Shown one piece after another: positions 30,181 to 41,004 of a stretch of DNA of 64,000 nucleotides (its first letter is position 1; the number at the start of each line of letters is the position of its first letter). The notes beneath the pieces were generated by a model, which had not been told where the DNA came from, ran no database searches, and was given only the letters and a program-made list of their open reading frames with translations. The position numbers and the translations under genes are program-made. The stretch covers positions 288,001 through 352,000 of the forward strand of contig CAWDSQ010000007.1 of assembly GCA_963804955.1 (NCBI GenBank), in the 5' to 3' direction. Source of the DNA: an uncultured delta proteobacterium. GTDB lineage: Bacteria > Desulfobacterota > WTBG01 > CAIYCZ01 > CAIRTM01.

Positions 30181-31100
30181 CGACCGAGGCAGCATACTGC
30201 CCCTTCTGCGAGGGCGCATGCCGGTTTGTTTATAACATGCACGAGTATCGCATTTATAAATGTTTACGCTGCGGCACAGGCCGGGTTTCCCCAATGCCGG
30301 AGGCAGGCTTTTTGACCGGATACTATTCCGGTTTTTTGTTTGCAGCCAATAAAGAAAATTACCAGCCGGTGCTGGCCAGCGCAAAAAAGCTCTACCCGCT
30401 GCTGGGATTATCTCCGGGGGGAAACGCCAGCTTGCTTGACATAGGGGGCGGAGGCGGTTTTTACGCAAAAGCTTTTGAGGAACTCGGCTATGGGCGGAGC
30501 ACCTATGTCGATCTTGACAACAGGGCATGCGATTTTGCCAGGAATATCGGCTTAAGCACTGTGCTGCATGAAGATGCAGCCAGCCTGCGTTACAGCGGTA
30601 AAAAATATGACCTTATACTGTGCCGGCATCTTATTGAGCATTTGCCGAATCCTGCTCTCTTTATCATGGAAATCTTAAAGGCTCTTTCAAAAAAAGGCCG
30701 GCTGCTTTTGATGTGTCCAAACGGCAATTCCCTGGAATATCTTGCATATCCCCGCTCCAATATCACACTGCGGATCGATACGATCGGTCAATCAAGCCGC
30801 ATGGCCAAATCAAAGGTGATTCAACGGTTTCTTTGCGGCGATATCCTTCATGGCATAGATCCGCCGCGGCATCTGTGGGCAATCACGCAAAAGGGCATCC
30901 AGAGCCTCATTGATGGGACGCTCTATAAAGCAACTGTCACAACCCATCCCTTAACCGATATGATCTATTCTCCGTACTACAGGCCGGGCTCTTTGGGCGG
31001 CAGGGCTTACGATCTGTGCGGCACTTATTTTTTTGCAAAAATTCACGGGGGCACGCACTTAGTGTCGGTTATTGAAAAAAAACAATGCCCTTCACAATAA
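30159..31100 (+). CDS. SAM-dependent methyltransferase with N-terminal CxxC...CxxC
   Basis: CPFCE, CLRCG, LLDIGGGGG, HLIEHLPNP, DPPRHL. Confidence 0.85.
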   Translation: MGTNITVTTEAAYCPFCEGACRFVYNMHEYRIYKCLRCGTGRVSPMPEAGFLTGYYSGFLFAANKENYQPVLASAKKLYPLLGLSPGGNASLLDIGGGGGFYAKAFEELGYGRSTYVDLDNRACDFARNIGLSTVLHEDAASLRYSGKKYDLILCRHLIEHLPNPALFIMEILKALSKKGRLLLMCPNGNSLEYLAYPRSNITLRIDTIGQSSRMAKSKVIQRFLCGDILHGIDPPRHLWAITQKGIQSLIDGTLYKATVTTHPLTDMIYSPYYRPGSLGGRAYDLCGTYFFAKIHGGTHLVSVIEKKQCPSQ

Positions 31101-32494
31101 CAGAAATCACAAAAAACAATCTGTGCACCGGCTGCGGATTATGCGCTGCTGCATGCCCGGGAGAGCGCATTGCCATGGCATGGAGCCCCTCCTGCATATG
31201 GTCGCCCGCAATTTCCGCTTCCGGCTGTACGCACTGCGGCACGTGCTATGCATCATGCCCGCAATCGCCTGAGGTCATCGTAGAGTATGCCGCTCAGGCA
31301 GCGGTTGACGGGGAACGATACGGCTTGAAAAACGCCGATCACTTCATAAGTTTTGACCTCGATACAGACAGCCGCGTGAAAAGCTCTTCGGGCGGGGTTG
31401 TCTCACTGCTTCTGACCCGTCTTCTTGAATCACACGATATTGACGGAGTCCTCTGCTCAACCCCTCTGTGCGCCGGCGTCGGGGCGCCCCACTATAAACT
31501 CGATGTTATGACAACAGCCGGACAGATACACGGCTGCCGAAGCTCGCATTATCATCCGCTGACATATCACGAGGCTTTCAAGCACATAAAAAACAGCGGC
31601 GGCGCATATGCAGTGGTTGGCGTGCCCTGCGTGATCCGCGGAATAAAACTTCTTCCCCCTGCGCTGCGAAAAAAAATAAAATACACCATTGCCCTTGCAT
31701 GCAGCCACAATGTGACGGCAGCATTCATCGACCAGCTGGCCCTGCAGCAGGGCATCACGAAGAAAGAAATTTTTTCCGTTAATCTGAGGGAGAAGCTCAA
31801 CATCAGCGATGCCAGTAACTTTAATACTTTTTTCAAGCTTTCCGATCGTGAAATCCGAAAAAACAGGTTTCTTACGTCATTTACTGTGATGTGGAGAAAT
31901 TATTTTTTCGCTCTGGAGAGCTGCCTCTACTGCCCCGATTTTTATGGCGCCGATGGGGACCTCTCCGTAAAAGATGCCTGGGGGCGGCTCAGCAAAGACC
32001 CGCTGGGGACATCGCTGCTTATTGTCAGAAACAGTGCGCTGCTGGCTTTTATCGAGAAGCTCTCCCATGCCGGCCTGCTGCATCTTGAGCCGTGTGATGA
32101 GGATGAAATATGTAAGTCGCAGCCGGAATCGGCGGCATTCAAGCAGACGGAGGTGCACACAAGGCTACTATGGAAAAAAGCCGTCAAAAATATTTTAAAA
32201 AAAACCGGGCCCATCCCTGCCGCCGCATGGCTGATATCAAACCGCCAGACCTGGAGATATTTCCGGATTTTAGGGCTTATTAAAATATCAAATTTTTGTT
32301 TCGCGCGATTCGGGAGCGTTCCTGTCAAAAGCATACTTTTTTGCAGCACACTCGACAAACAGACAATCGCCCTGTTACAGGTTTGTCGGCGAGCAGCACA
32401 TACGTTTTGTCGCACGCTGCGCATCAGCCCTGAAGTCTCTGACCAGAACGGCCCTTCGCTTTCTGGGCGCCTTCGATCCAAAACGTCCGGATAA
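31085..32494 (+). CDS. FrhB-family (F420 hydrogenase beta-like) Fe-S flavoprotein; possibly fused to next ORF
   Basis: CTGCGLCAAACP, CTHCGTCYASCP, SSSGG, VGVPC, CLYCPD, DLSVKDAW. Confidence 0.85.
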   Translation: MPFTITEITKNNLCTGCGLCAAACPGERIAMAWSPSCIWSPAISASGCTHCGTCYASCPQSPEVIVEYAAQAAVDGERYGLKNADHFISFDLDTDSRVKSSSGGVVSLLLTRLLESHDIDGVLCSTPLCAGVGAPHYKLDVMTTAGQIHGCRSSHYHPLTYHEAFKHIKNSGGAYAVVGVPCVIRGIKLLPPALRKKIKYTIALACSHNVTAAFIDQLALQQGITKKEIFSVNLREKLNISDASNFNTFFKLSDREIRKNRFLTSFTVMWRNYFFALESCLYCPDFYGADGDLSVKDAWGRLSKDPLGTSLLIVRNSALLAFIEKLSHAGLLHLEPCDEDEICKSQPESAAFKQTEVHTRLLWKKAVKNILKKTGPIPAAAWLISNRQTWRYFRILGLIKISNFCFARFGSVPVKSILFCSTLDKQTIALLQVCRRAAHTFCRTLRISPEVSDQNGPSLSGRLRSKTSG

Positions 32495-32510
32495 ACCGGC
32501 TCTCCTGCAT

Positions 32511-33776
32511 GTGCTGATCGCCGGCGGCTACGGCTACGGCAATATCGGCGATGAGGCGCAGCTGGCCGCCAATATCCAGCACTGGCGCATGGCCGTGCCG
32601 GATGCTCAGATTACCGTGCTCACCCCGAACCTGAACTATACGCAAAAAACCCATGCCGGCGTACATACCCGGCTCGCCCCCCGTATTGCTTTTTTTGGCC
32701 GGGGCGGCAGGATGTATTTTGGTGATGAAACAACATTTAAAAAGCTCTTTTTCCCCATGGCCGGCCTTTTACTTTTTAATGCGCGCCTGATGCGGGCAGG
32801 CCTTCCTCTGTTCGGGATAACCGCCCGGCAGGCCTCGCTGCTCGATGCGATCCAGAACGCCGACATAGTATTTCTATCCGGGGGGGGATACCTCACGGGC
32901 ATGACGCTCACCCGCCTTTGGGACAATATGCTTCTCATTCGGCTGGCCCATCTGCTTGGCGTACCAACGGTTCTTTCCGGACAGACAATAGGCATTTTCA
33001 AAGACCGCACCAGCAGAAATCTGGCGCGCTGGGGGTTGAAAAAAGCTCACAAAATATATCTGCGGGACGCTGAAGGCTCTCCAGAGGCCCTTGGGTCACT
33101 GGGCATAGACGCTGCCTCCTACGAATGCACCTTTGATGACGCACTGTATTACAAGGTGGCGTCTGAGGCAGCACCCCGCGAGGCACTGCAACAGAGCGGT
33201 ATTGATCCGGCAAAGCCATATATGAGCGTCAATGTGCACTACTGGGGCCAGGCCCCTGAGGTTTCCCGCGAGGCAATGCGTCAAATAGCCCATGCTCTGG
33301 ATGCGATCAACAGCACATGCGCGGTTCAGATCGCTTTCGTGCCCATGGTCAGCACTGATGAAACGGCCATTAGGGAAGTTATGGAGAATATGCGCCGGCC
33401 ATCCGTTATGGTTGATCACAAGTACGATATGGACGCAGCTATAGGCGCTATCCGGCTGGCGGCACTGTGCCTGACCATGAAACATCACCCGATTATTTTT
33501 GCAATGGGCGGAGGCGTGCCCACAGCTGCCATAGCCTTTGATGACTACTATCATCATAAAAACAGGGGGGCTTTAAAACTATTCGGCATGGAAAACTGCA
33601 TTGTGCAGTGCGCCCCGGAACAGCTTGGCGATGCGGTACAACAGAAAGTTCTCTCTTTGCACGAAAACCATCATGAGCTGCAGGCAAAAATAGCAGAAAC
33701 ATACAACAGGCTTGAAAAAGATGCCGGTAAAGCAGTGTATGTCTGGGCCCGTCAACATGCTGTGCGGAATGGCTGA
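32511..33776 (+). CDS. Polysaccharide pyruvyl transferase family protein
   Basis: GGYGYGNIGDEAQL, SGGGY, SGQTIG, IYLRD, MKHHPIIFA. Confidence 0.88.
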   Translation: MLIAGGYGYGNIGDEAQLAANIQHWRMAVPDAQITVLTPNLNYTQKTHAGVHTRLAPRIAFFGRGGRMYFGDETTFKKLFFPMAGLLLFNARLMRAGLPLFGITARQASLLDAIQNADIVFLSGGGYLTGMTLTRLWDNMLLIRLAHLLGVPTVLSGQTIGIFKDRTSRNLARWGLKKAHKIYLRDAEGSPEALGSLGIDAASYECTFDDALYYKVASEAAPREALQQSGIDPAKPYMSVNVHYWGQAPEVSREAMRQIAHALDAINSTCAVQIAFVPMVSTDETAIREVMENMRRPSVMVDHKYDMDAAIGAIRLAALCLTMKHHPIIFAMGGGVPTAAIAFDDYYHHKNRGALKLFGMENCIVQCAPEQLGDAVQQKVLSLHENHHELQAKIAETYNRLEKDAGKAVYVWARQHAVRNG

Positions 33777-33778
33777 CC

Positions 33779-35159
33779 ATGATCTTTTTTGCCCTGCCAA
33801 AGCCTGATGTACCGTATCTGGCGGAATTTTTCCAGGGGCTGCTGCGGTATCTGACGGAAACGGGCAGGCGCCCGCTTGTCTTTACCAACTATTATTCGAG
33901 CATGGAATTTTTCGCCCAAAGCGGCGCAACCGTATTCTGCCCGGAAATTTTTGTTAAAGAAGATATGTATGAATCAGCTGCGGCAGCACATGCCGAAAAC
34001 ACAGGCACCTATGACCCTGTGCAGGCAATTCAGCCCTGACAACCTGCGCAACGCCCAGAGAAATGCCTTCTGCTGCCGGATCCTGCCGGAAATCCTGGAG
34101 AACATATTTGCACGGCAACTGCCGTCCGCTGCGGTCGTATGGAATTTTTTCCCTCCCTTCAATACGGTCAGAGAAAAACTCCTTCAAAAAAACATTCCGA
34201 CTCTCACAACAGACAAGGGCCTTCTGGGCAAGACGGCCTTCCTGGATCCCTGCGGAATGAACGGGTCGAGCTATTATGCGGATCCTGACACCTGGAGCAA
34301 AACCGTTGGCCGCCACAGGGGCCCGCTTGACCTGGCTGCTGCGGCAGAGTACCTTGCCTCATATGTGCGGTCATACGAGTCGGGGTGGGATCAGCCCGGC
34401 TATGAAGCTCCGGAGAATCTGCGAAAACGTTTTGGAATCAGGCTGGAGCAGAAAATCATCTTTGTGCCGACGCAGGTTCTTGCAGACAGCAACATGATCC
34501 TTCATCATGGCGCATTTCATGATAATACCGCTTTCATACGAGCTTTTCTTGTTCAGCTCAGAGAACGCAACGACCTTTTTTTCCTGATAAAAAAGCATCC
34601 CAAAGAGCCGTCTCAACAGGCCGAGATACAGCACATCATTGCGGACCGGGGCATCTGGACAGAAAACATCAATACGTTTTCTGCAATAGAAGCATGTTCT
34701 GCTGTCATAACACTCAACAGCACGGTCGGACTGGAAGCGGCCATGCTGGGGAAACCCGTAGCAGTCTGCGCGCCTGCCCTGTACTCCCGAAAGGGCTTCA
34801 CCTATGACATCACCGACGTGGCAATGCTGCCGCCCCTGATGCCTGCACTGCTGAGCGGCTGGCAGCAGAGCGATGAACAGAGATTATCGCTTCTGTACTT
34901 TCTTGCATTCATGCTGAAAAAGTATCTCATCCCCGCAAACGGAGTTCAGCCGGCGGCGATCTACGACAGATATCTGGAACCCTGCATGCACTATGACACT
35001 GCTACGGGAACAACAGACCGGGAGCATCTCGCAGTAACCCGCATGGCGCATGAGCATGTCATGCCGTCTGCAGGGGTCAGCCGCGCCATACAAAAAGGTC
35101 CCCGGATAAAAAATCATTTTGCCACATGGGCAAAAAGCCTTTTTAAAAAAACCCCGTAG
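33779..35159 (+). CDS. Capsule biosynthesis KpsS/LipB-like protein (beta-Kdo transferase-like); frameshift near 34020
   Basis: FLDPCGMNG, FVPTQVLADSN, KKHP, TLNSTVGLEAAMLGKPV. Confidence 0.75.
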
Positions 35160-35195
35160 GGTTCTCTTATAAAACGAGCCGTTTGATAAAAAACC

Positions 35196-36269
35196 ATGGC
35201 GGTGAAAAAGATATTCGCAGTGCAAACGCTCTATGACCACTGGTCGGCTTATTCAGGCTATCAGGGCTTCATACCCCTGCTGCACAGGGGCTATGATGCA
35301 CAGCATGTCCGCATACCCTACGGCGCAAAAAGCTATCACACATCACCCGTTCTCAAAAAAATCATCGGGGAGGCGGTAACAAACTCAGGCCTGGCCTTAT
35401 ATTCCGCCAATGACTTTGAAGAAGAAGTGAAATTGTTTTTTCAATCAGCTGCCGGCCGGCCGGCAGCTGTGCACTTTCTTGACGGAGAACACGGCTATTG
35501 CCACTTCACCTCTCTTATAAAGCCGCTGCGCTTGCTGCGGGGCGGCAGACCTCATATCATAGTCTCGTATCACCTGCCTCCCCAGCGTCTTCTCACGCGG
35601 ATGACCAGATACGACCACCTGGCGCGTGCTGATAAAATAGTTCTGGTAGGCTCCAACCAATACGATTTTTTTCAAAAATACGTTTCCGCCGAGAAGATTG
35701 CCGTGATACCGCATGGCGTCAACACCGGTTTTTTTTCGCCGCCTCATAGCGCCAGGCCCCACGACCCTGAACTGTTCACCTGCCTTTGCATCGGATCGCA
35801 CCTGCGGGATTATGCATTCCTTGCCCGGGTGGCGGAAAAACTGCAGGGGGTTTCCCGCATCAGATTCAGAGTCATTTCACCTGCATGCGACGTGCCGGTT
35901 TTGCATCAGTTACATAATGTCCGGATAGAGGCAGGATTGCCGGATGAGGGGCTGCTTGAGGCATATCGACAGGCTGATGTCCTGACCATGCCTCTGCTTG
36001 ATACAACCGCAAACAATGTCGTCCTTGAGGCACTGGCCTGCGGATTGCCGGTCCTGACAACAAATGTCGGCGCGATCCGGGATTATGTCGGTGAATCGTG
36101 CGCCATGCTGTTTGCGCCTCTTGACACAGACGGCTATGCCGATGCCCTTGCCGACCTTGCCCGCAGCCCTGCACTGGCTGCGGAAATGGGAAGCGCTGCG
36201 CGAGCGCATGCCGAAAACCATCTTTCATGGAAAATTCTTACGCCCCGGTATGAGCGGCTGTACCAGTAG
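35196..36269 (+). CDS. Glycosyltransferase family 4
   Basis: IPHGVN, NNVVLEALACGLPV. Confidence 0.9.
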   Translation: MAVKKIFAVQTLYDHWSAYSGYQGFIPLLHRGYDAQHVRIPYGAKSYHTSPVLKKIIGEAVTNSGLALYSANDFEEEVKLFFQSAAGRPAAVHFLDGEHGYCHFTSLIKPLRLLRGGRPHIIVSYHLPPQRLLTRMTRYDHLARADKIVLVGSNQYDFFQKYVSAEKIAVIPHGVNTGFFSPPHSARPHDPELFTCLCIGSHLRDYAFLARVAEKLQGVSRIRFRVISPACDVPVLHQLHNVRIEAGLPDEGLLEAYRQADVLTMPLLDTTANNVVLEALACGLPVLTTNVGAIRDYVGESCAMLFAPLDTDGYADALADLARSPALAAEMGSAARAHAENHLSWKILTPRYERLYQ

Positions 36270-36292
36270 CCCTTCTCTGCTTTTCAATCAAC

Positions 36293-37510
36293 ATGATAGA
36301 AAATAAAAAATTTTCCATAGCTATTCTTACTGCTGAATTTGTTACGGAGCCGTATTTCAGCGGTGGTGTCGCACAGCACTTCTTTCGCATAGCAAAATAC
36401 CTTGCGGAGCAGGGGCATACCGTACATGTTATTACCCGGTCACATGAAACCGCACGTTTTATGTATCAGGGGCTGCACGTATACAGAATCAGCGTAGACG
36501 GCGCCGGCGCCCTCGGAAAAACCATGAAACGTCTCGCGCTTGGAAAAATAGATTCAACCATTGACCACCTTCGGTTCAGCTTTGCATGTCTGCGGCAGCT
36601 GCAGTCCATTATAAAAAAAACCCCTGTCGATATTATTCACTGTTTCAACTCTCACGGTATCGGGCTCTGGCCGCTGCTGATTCCGCACATCCCCCAGCTC
36701 GTAACCGTCTCCTGCTATCGCCCTCTCTGGAATTCACTGGCGGGCGTTGAAAAAACCCCGGATGTCTGGCTTGACGAAAAAACAGAAGCCTTGTTCTTCA
36801 TCCTCAGCAGGCATATCTATTCACCAAGCGCTAATCTGCAAAAAATACTTGCCGCGGAACTTAATAAAAAAAACATACCGGTTATCAGAACACCCTTCTA
36901 TATTGAAGTTGATGCAGAGGATGATTCCGCATACACAACAACTCTGGGCGGCAAAAAATATATCCTGTTTTTTGGCCGCCTCCAGATGCATAAAGGCGCT
37001 CATATTCTGGGAGAGGCTCTGCCGTCCACTTTACAAAGCTGCCCGGATATGCACGTCGCTTTCGTGGGGCTTGACGGAAAGTCTCCGTCGGGCGCCTCCA
37101 TGCGCGACCATATTAAAAAACTGGCAGCAGGCTCGGCAAACCGCATTGTATTTATTGACGCAGTTCACCATAATCAACTCTACCCCATTCTGAAGCACGC
37201 CCGCCTCGTTGTGCTGCCCTCCCTCATCGACAACCTGCCCAACACCCTGCTTGAAGCCATGGGGGTGGGCAAGCCCGTCATAGGCACGACGGGGTGCAGC
37301 TTTGATGAAATGATAGAAGACGGCGTCTCAGGCTTCCTCGTTCAGCCCGGGAATGCTCCTGCTTTGGCTGCTGCCATAACTGCTGCCTGGCAATGCTCCG
37401 ATGCTGAACTTGCCGCCATCGGGCAGCGGGCTGCAAAAAAAATCGAAGATCTTGCTCCCTCAAAAACGGTTGGGGCCGTGATAGACTATTACAGAGCACT
37501 CATCAACTGA
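36293..37510 (+). CDS. Glycosyltransferase family 4
   Basis: FGRLQMHKG, PSLIDNLPNTLLEAMGVGKPV. Confidence 0.9.
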   Translation: MIENKKFSIAILTAEFVTEPYFSGGVAQHFFRIAKYLAEQGHTVHVITRSHETARFMYQGLHVYRISVDGAGALGKTMKRLALGKIDSTIDHLRFSFACLRQLQSIIKKTPVDIIHCFNSHGIGLWPLLIPHIPQLVTVSCYRPLWNSLAGVEKTPDVWLDEKTEALFFILSRHIYSPSANLQKILAAELNKKNIPVIRTPFYIEVDAEDDSAYTTTLGGKKYILFFGRLQMHKGAHILGEALPSTLQSCPDMHVAFVGLDGKSPSGASMRDHIKKLAAGSANRIVFIDAVHHNQLYPILKHARLVVLPSLIDNLPNTLLEAMGVGKPVIGTTGCSFDEMIEDGVSGFLVQPGNAPALAAAITAAWQCSDAELAAIGQRAAKKIEDLAPSKTVGAVIDYYRALIN

Positions 37511-37536
37511 CAGCTGCACACACAGAGGTTGGCGCT

Positions 37537-38514
37537 ATGACAGACTTTAACAATATGTACACCGGAGGGCAGCCCGCCCCGCGTGACTGGGAAACATGGC
37601 TGCGCAGACTGCGGACAAAAATAGGCCGCGCCATCATGCGGGATACGCCTCCCCTGCCTCATGGAGCCTGCGTTGATCTGCCGGTACGCCATCGCGAATT
37701 CCGGCCTGACATGACTGGCAAAATGCTTAAACCCATCGATTTTTCGCATCTGCGTGATGCCCCGCTCTCTGATGTCAAAGCCGCCATCGCCTGGGTAGAA
37801 GAAAAAGCAGGCTGGTTTCACAGTGTAGACTTAAAACATGGCATAGCCACACCGGGGGGCAGAGGGTGGGAGGAGCGGCGGGAACTTTTTAGAATCCCTG
37901 ACGCAGTAAGAGGCAAAACCGTTCTTGATATTGGAGCGATGGAGGGTGGCGACACATTTTGCGCCGAAGATGCAGGTGCGGCATCTGTCACTGCGCTGGA
38001 TGTAGACAACTACTTTGACTATGATTCAGGGCTGAACGCTGCATGGGATTATACGGTAGACCGCTACCTGCAGGCCAAACAGGAAGGGCCCGAAAGCGAA
38101 TGGGTTTTTTTGAACTCAAAACGCTTTGGTTTTGAGTTGTGCAGACAAGTCAGGCATTCACATGCAGAACGCATTTCCGGAGCGGTCTATGATCTTTCCC
38201 CGTCAAAACACGGCATGTTTGATATTGTCTATTGTTTTGGGCTTTTGTATCATCTCCGCAACCCTCTGTTAGCCCTGGATCGCATTGCCGCTGTCACAAA
38301 GGACCGGCTTTTTATATGCTCACAGATATTCAACGGGTATGCGCCGTATGCAAACACTATGCTCTACTATAACGACACCTGGCGAGGCAGTTATACAAAC
38401 TGGTTTGTTCCAACGCCGCAGGCGCTGATTGACATGGCCGGCAGCAGCGGTTTTAAGAGAATAGAAGTCATTGCATCAACTGACACACAAACCTATCTCG
38501 CCTGCTATAAATAA
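37537..38514 (+). CDS. SAM-dependent methyltransferase (DUF1698/CmoB-like)
   Basis: WFHSVDL..G..TPG, VLDIGAMEG, FDIVYCFGLLYHLRNP, NWFVP. Confidence 0.85.
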   Translation: MTDFNNMYTGGQPAPRDWETWLRRLRTKIGRAIMRDTPPLPHGACVDLPVRHREFRPDMTGKMLKPIDFSHLRDAPLSDVKAAIAWVEEKAGWFHSVDLKHGIATPGGRGWEERRELFRIPDAVRGKTVLDIGAMEGGDTFCAEDAGAASVTALDVDNYFDYDSGLNAAWDYTVDRYLQAKQEGPESEWVFLNSKRFGFELCRQVRHSHAERISGAVYDLSPSKHGMFDIVYCFGLLYHLRNPLLALDRIAAVTKDRLFICSQIFNGYAPYANTMLYYNDTWRGSYTNWFVPTPQALIDMAGSSGFKRIEVIASTDTQTYLACYK

Positions 38515-38619
38515 AATAATGCTGCACGCAGCGGCTCCAATGGCCTCCCCCGAAAATTCAGCATTTCCAGCGGTGCGGATAAAATAAATGCACATACCCG
38601 ATCAGCCTCTTACTTAAAA

Positions 38620-39888
38620 ATGAATATTCTTTTTTTAACATCTGCTGCACCCGCTAAGGCTGGTTTTTCAACCAGCGAAAAAAGGCCCCCCCTGGGGTTG
38701 GGCTATTTAATGTCCGTTCTGAAACAGAAAGGCCACCGGGTATTTTTCAGCGATGAATATCTACAGCCTTCAGGAGTTCTAACAGGAAATTTTTTGCAGC
38801 AAAACAACATAACGCATGTAGGTATTTATGCCAACACAATCTGTTACCAATCCACCCTTGCGCTGATCGGATTGCTCAAAAAAAAGAGGGATGCAGGCCA
38901 GTGGCGAGGCAAAATACTGGTCGGAGGGCCGCATACATCGTTCGGCGCTGATGAAATACCGCCATCAGTCGATCATATTGTAATCGGAGAAGGAGAAATT
39001 TCACTGCCCGGAATTATTGACGGCGAGGTCACGGAACGAATCGTTACAGGTAAAAAAGTGCAGGATATGGATTCCTTACCGATGCCGGCATGGGAGAAGT
39101 TCATTAACCTGCCATATACCTGGACGCACGAATGGCTTACCAGTTCTCCCGTGTACACCATGAATACAAGCAGAGGGTGCCCGTTTCATTGCAGTTTCTG
39201 CTCTGTCCGGTCCCTATGGGGTAAATCCTATCGCTGCATGTCGGCAGAACGAATCGTTGACGATATCCAGCATATGGTCAAACACTATGGAGCCAAAGGC
39301 ATTTATTTTCGCGAAGACCATTTTACATTCAAGAAAGAAAGAACCATTGATTTCTGCCAAGCCCTGCTGAAAAAAAACATCCGCATTGACTGGATATGCG
39401 AAACCCGCGTCGACCAGCTGGACGATCCTGAATATCAACAGCTTATGTTTGATGCGGGCTGCAAAGCTTTCTATATCGGGGTTGAAAGCGGAAGCCCCAG
39501 AATGCTCAACCTCTTTAAAAAAGGTGAAACACGAGAGCAGTTCGTGAAAGCTTTTGAAATTGCCCGCACAACCGGGATAAAAACCTATGCGAGTTTTGTC
39601 GTCGGGACACCATTTGAAACAGACGATGACGAGCGCCTCACCGATGACTTGATTAAGGAAATAAGGCCCGACTTTTTATCTAAAAATATTTTTCTCGGGA
39701 TACCCGGAAGCGAACTATATGACCAGATCAAATTAAATAATTTATATGAATATGAAGACGAGCTGCATATTTTATATCCAAAGGGATATCTGAAAAATGT
39801 ACGCAAATATTACGGCGATAATCCATATTATAAGACCTACAGCCGCTTCAAAATTTTCCAAAACTATGTAAGCAAGCAGCTTGTATAA
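38620..39888 (+). CDS. B12-binding domain radical SAM protein
   Basis: PPLGLGYL, VGGPH, IGEGE, SRGCPFHCSFC, IGVESGS. Confidence 0.92.
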   Translation: MNILFLTSAAPAKAGFSTSEKRPPLGLGYLMSVLKQKGHRVFFSDEYLQPSGVLTGNFLQQNNITHVGIYANTICYQSTLALIGLLKKKRDAGQWRGKILVGGPHTSFGADEIPPSVDHIVIGEGEISLPGIIDGEVTERIVTGKKVQDMDSLPMPAWEKFINLPYTWTHEWLTSSPVYTMNTSRGCPFHCSFCSVRSLWGKSYRCMSAERIVDDIQHMVKHYGAKGIYFREDHFTFKKERTIDFCQALLKKNIRIDWICETRVDQLDDPEYQQLMFDAGCKAFYIGVESGSPRMLNLFKKGETREQFVKAFEIARTTGIKTYASFVVGTPFETDDDERLTDDLIKEIRPDFLSKNIFLGIPGSELYDQIKLNNLYEYEDELHILYPKGYLKNVRKYYGDNPYYKTYSRFKIFQNYVSKQLV

Positions 39889-39890
39889 TC

Positions 39891-40982
39891 ATGCAGCCTA
39901 CCGTCACCGTCCTTCTTTCTGTTTTTAATGGTGAGCGCTACCTGCGGCATGCCATTGAAAGCATTTTGAATCAGAGTTTCGATGACTTTGAATTCTTAAT
40001 TATCAACGATGCATCCACGGACCGCAGCCGGGATATACTGCTTTCCTACCCGGATAGACGCATACGATTAGTTGACAACAGCAGCAATATCGGCCTGACT
40101 GCATCCTTGAATCTCGGCCTCGATTTAGCAGCGGGTGAATATGTCGCACGACTGGACGCCGATGATATTTCCCATGCCGAAAGGCTGAAAAAGCAGGTTT
40201 TTTTTCTGCGTGACAGGCCTGCAACTGCCGTACTGGCAACAGGCTGTCATATTGTGGATGAGGCAGGCAATCTCACGGGTACTATCCACCCACCCGTAAG
40301 CGAACATGAGATCAAGTGGCGTCTGCTGTTTTACAACTGCCTCCCCCACAGCTCAATCATGTTCAGGAAAAAAGAAATTATGTCGCTGGGCGGATATAAT
40401 AAAGACATACAGTATGCCCAGGACTATGACCTCTGGCTGCGCACGGCTGAGCTGTACCGGATCGAGGCTCTCAGCGAACCGCTCATGTCATACCGCCTTC
40501 CTGACAAGGGCGCCATTTCGCATGATAAAAAAAATGAACAATCGACCGCGGCCGGTTTGATACGGCTCAACAATCTTCACAAGCTGGGGATTGAGGCAGA
40601 GCTTACCGGGGGGGTTCAAGAGCTCTGTGAATTTCTCTTTTTTAACGGCGCCCTGCATGATGCTCCAGCAGCGGAGCTTCTTTTCAGGAACATATTCCGG
40701 GCCTTTTGCGCTTCGGATTTTACATCGGGATTAACGGCTGAAAAGAAGGCGTGCATCTCCAAAAATTTTAAAGCCAGGCTGGCAAATTTTTTCCTGCAGC
40801 GGGCCTGGGAGCAGTATCAGAAAAACGACCTCTGTGCATTTCGGCGCCAGTTACGTGAATCAATACGGCATCACTCCTGGCCGGCGTCACTTCCGTTAAT
40901 CTTAATTCTTATAAAATCTTTTTTCGGCAAAACGGCATTCGAAGCGATACACAGGCTGCGAAAAAAAATCAGCAGCAGCTGA
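39891..40982 (+). CDS. Glycosyltransferase family 2
   Basis: INDASTD, ARLDADD, AQDYDLW. Confidence 0.92.
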   Translation: MQPTVTVLLSVFNGERYLRHAIESILNQSFDDFEFLIINDASTDRSRDILLSYPDRRIRLVDNSSNIGLTASLNLGLDLAAGEYVARLDADDISHAERLKKQVFFLRDRPATAVLATGCHIVDEAGNLTGTIHPPVSEHEIKWRLLFYNCLPHSSIMFRKKEIMSLGGYNKDIQYAQDYDLWLRTAELYRIEALSEPLMSYRLPDKGAISHDKKNEQSTAAGLIRLNNLHKLGIEAELTGGVQELCEFLFFNGALHDAPAAELLFRNIFRAFCASDFTSGLTAEKKACISKNFKARLANFFLQRAWEQYQKNDLCAFRRQLRESIRHHSWPASLPLILILIKSFFGKTAFEAIHRLRKKISSS

Positions 40983-41004
40983 GCTTTTTATATCACACAA
41001 GCAT

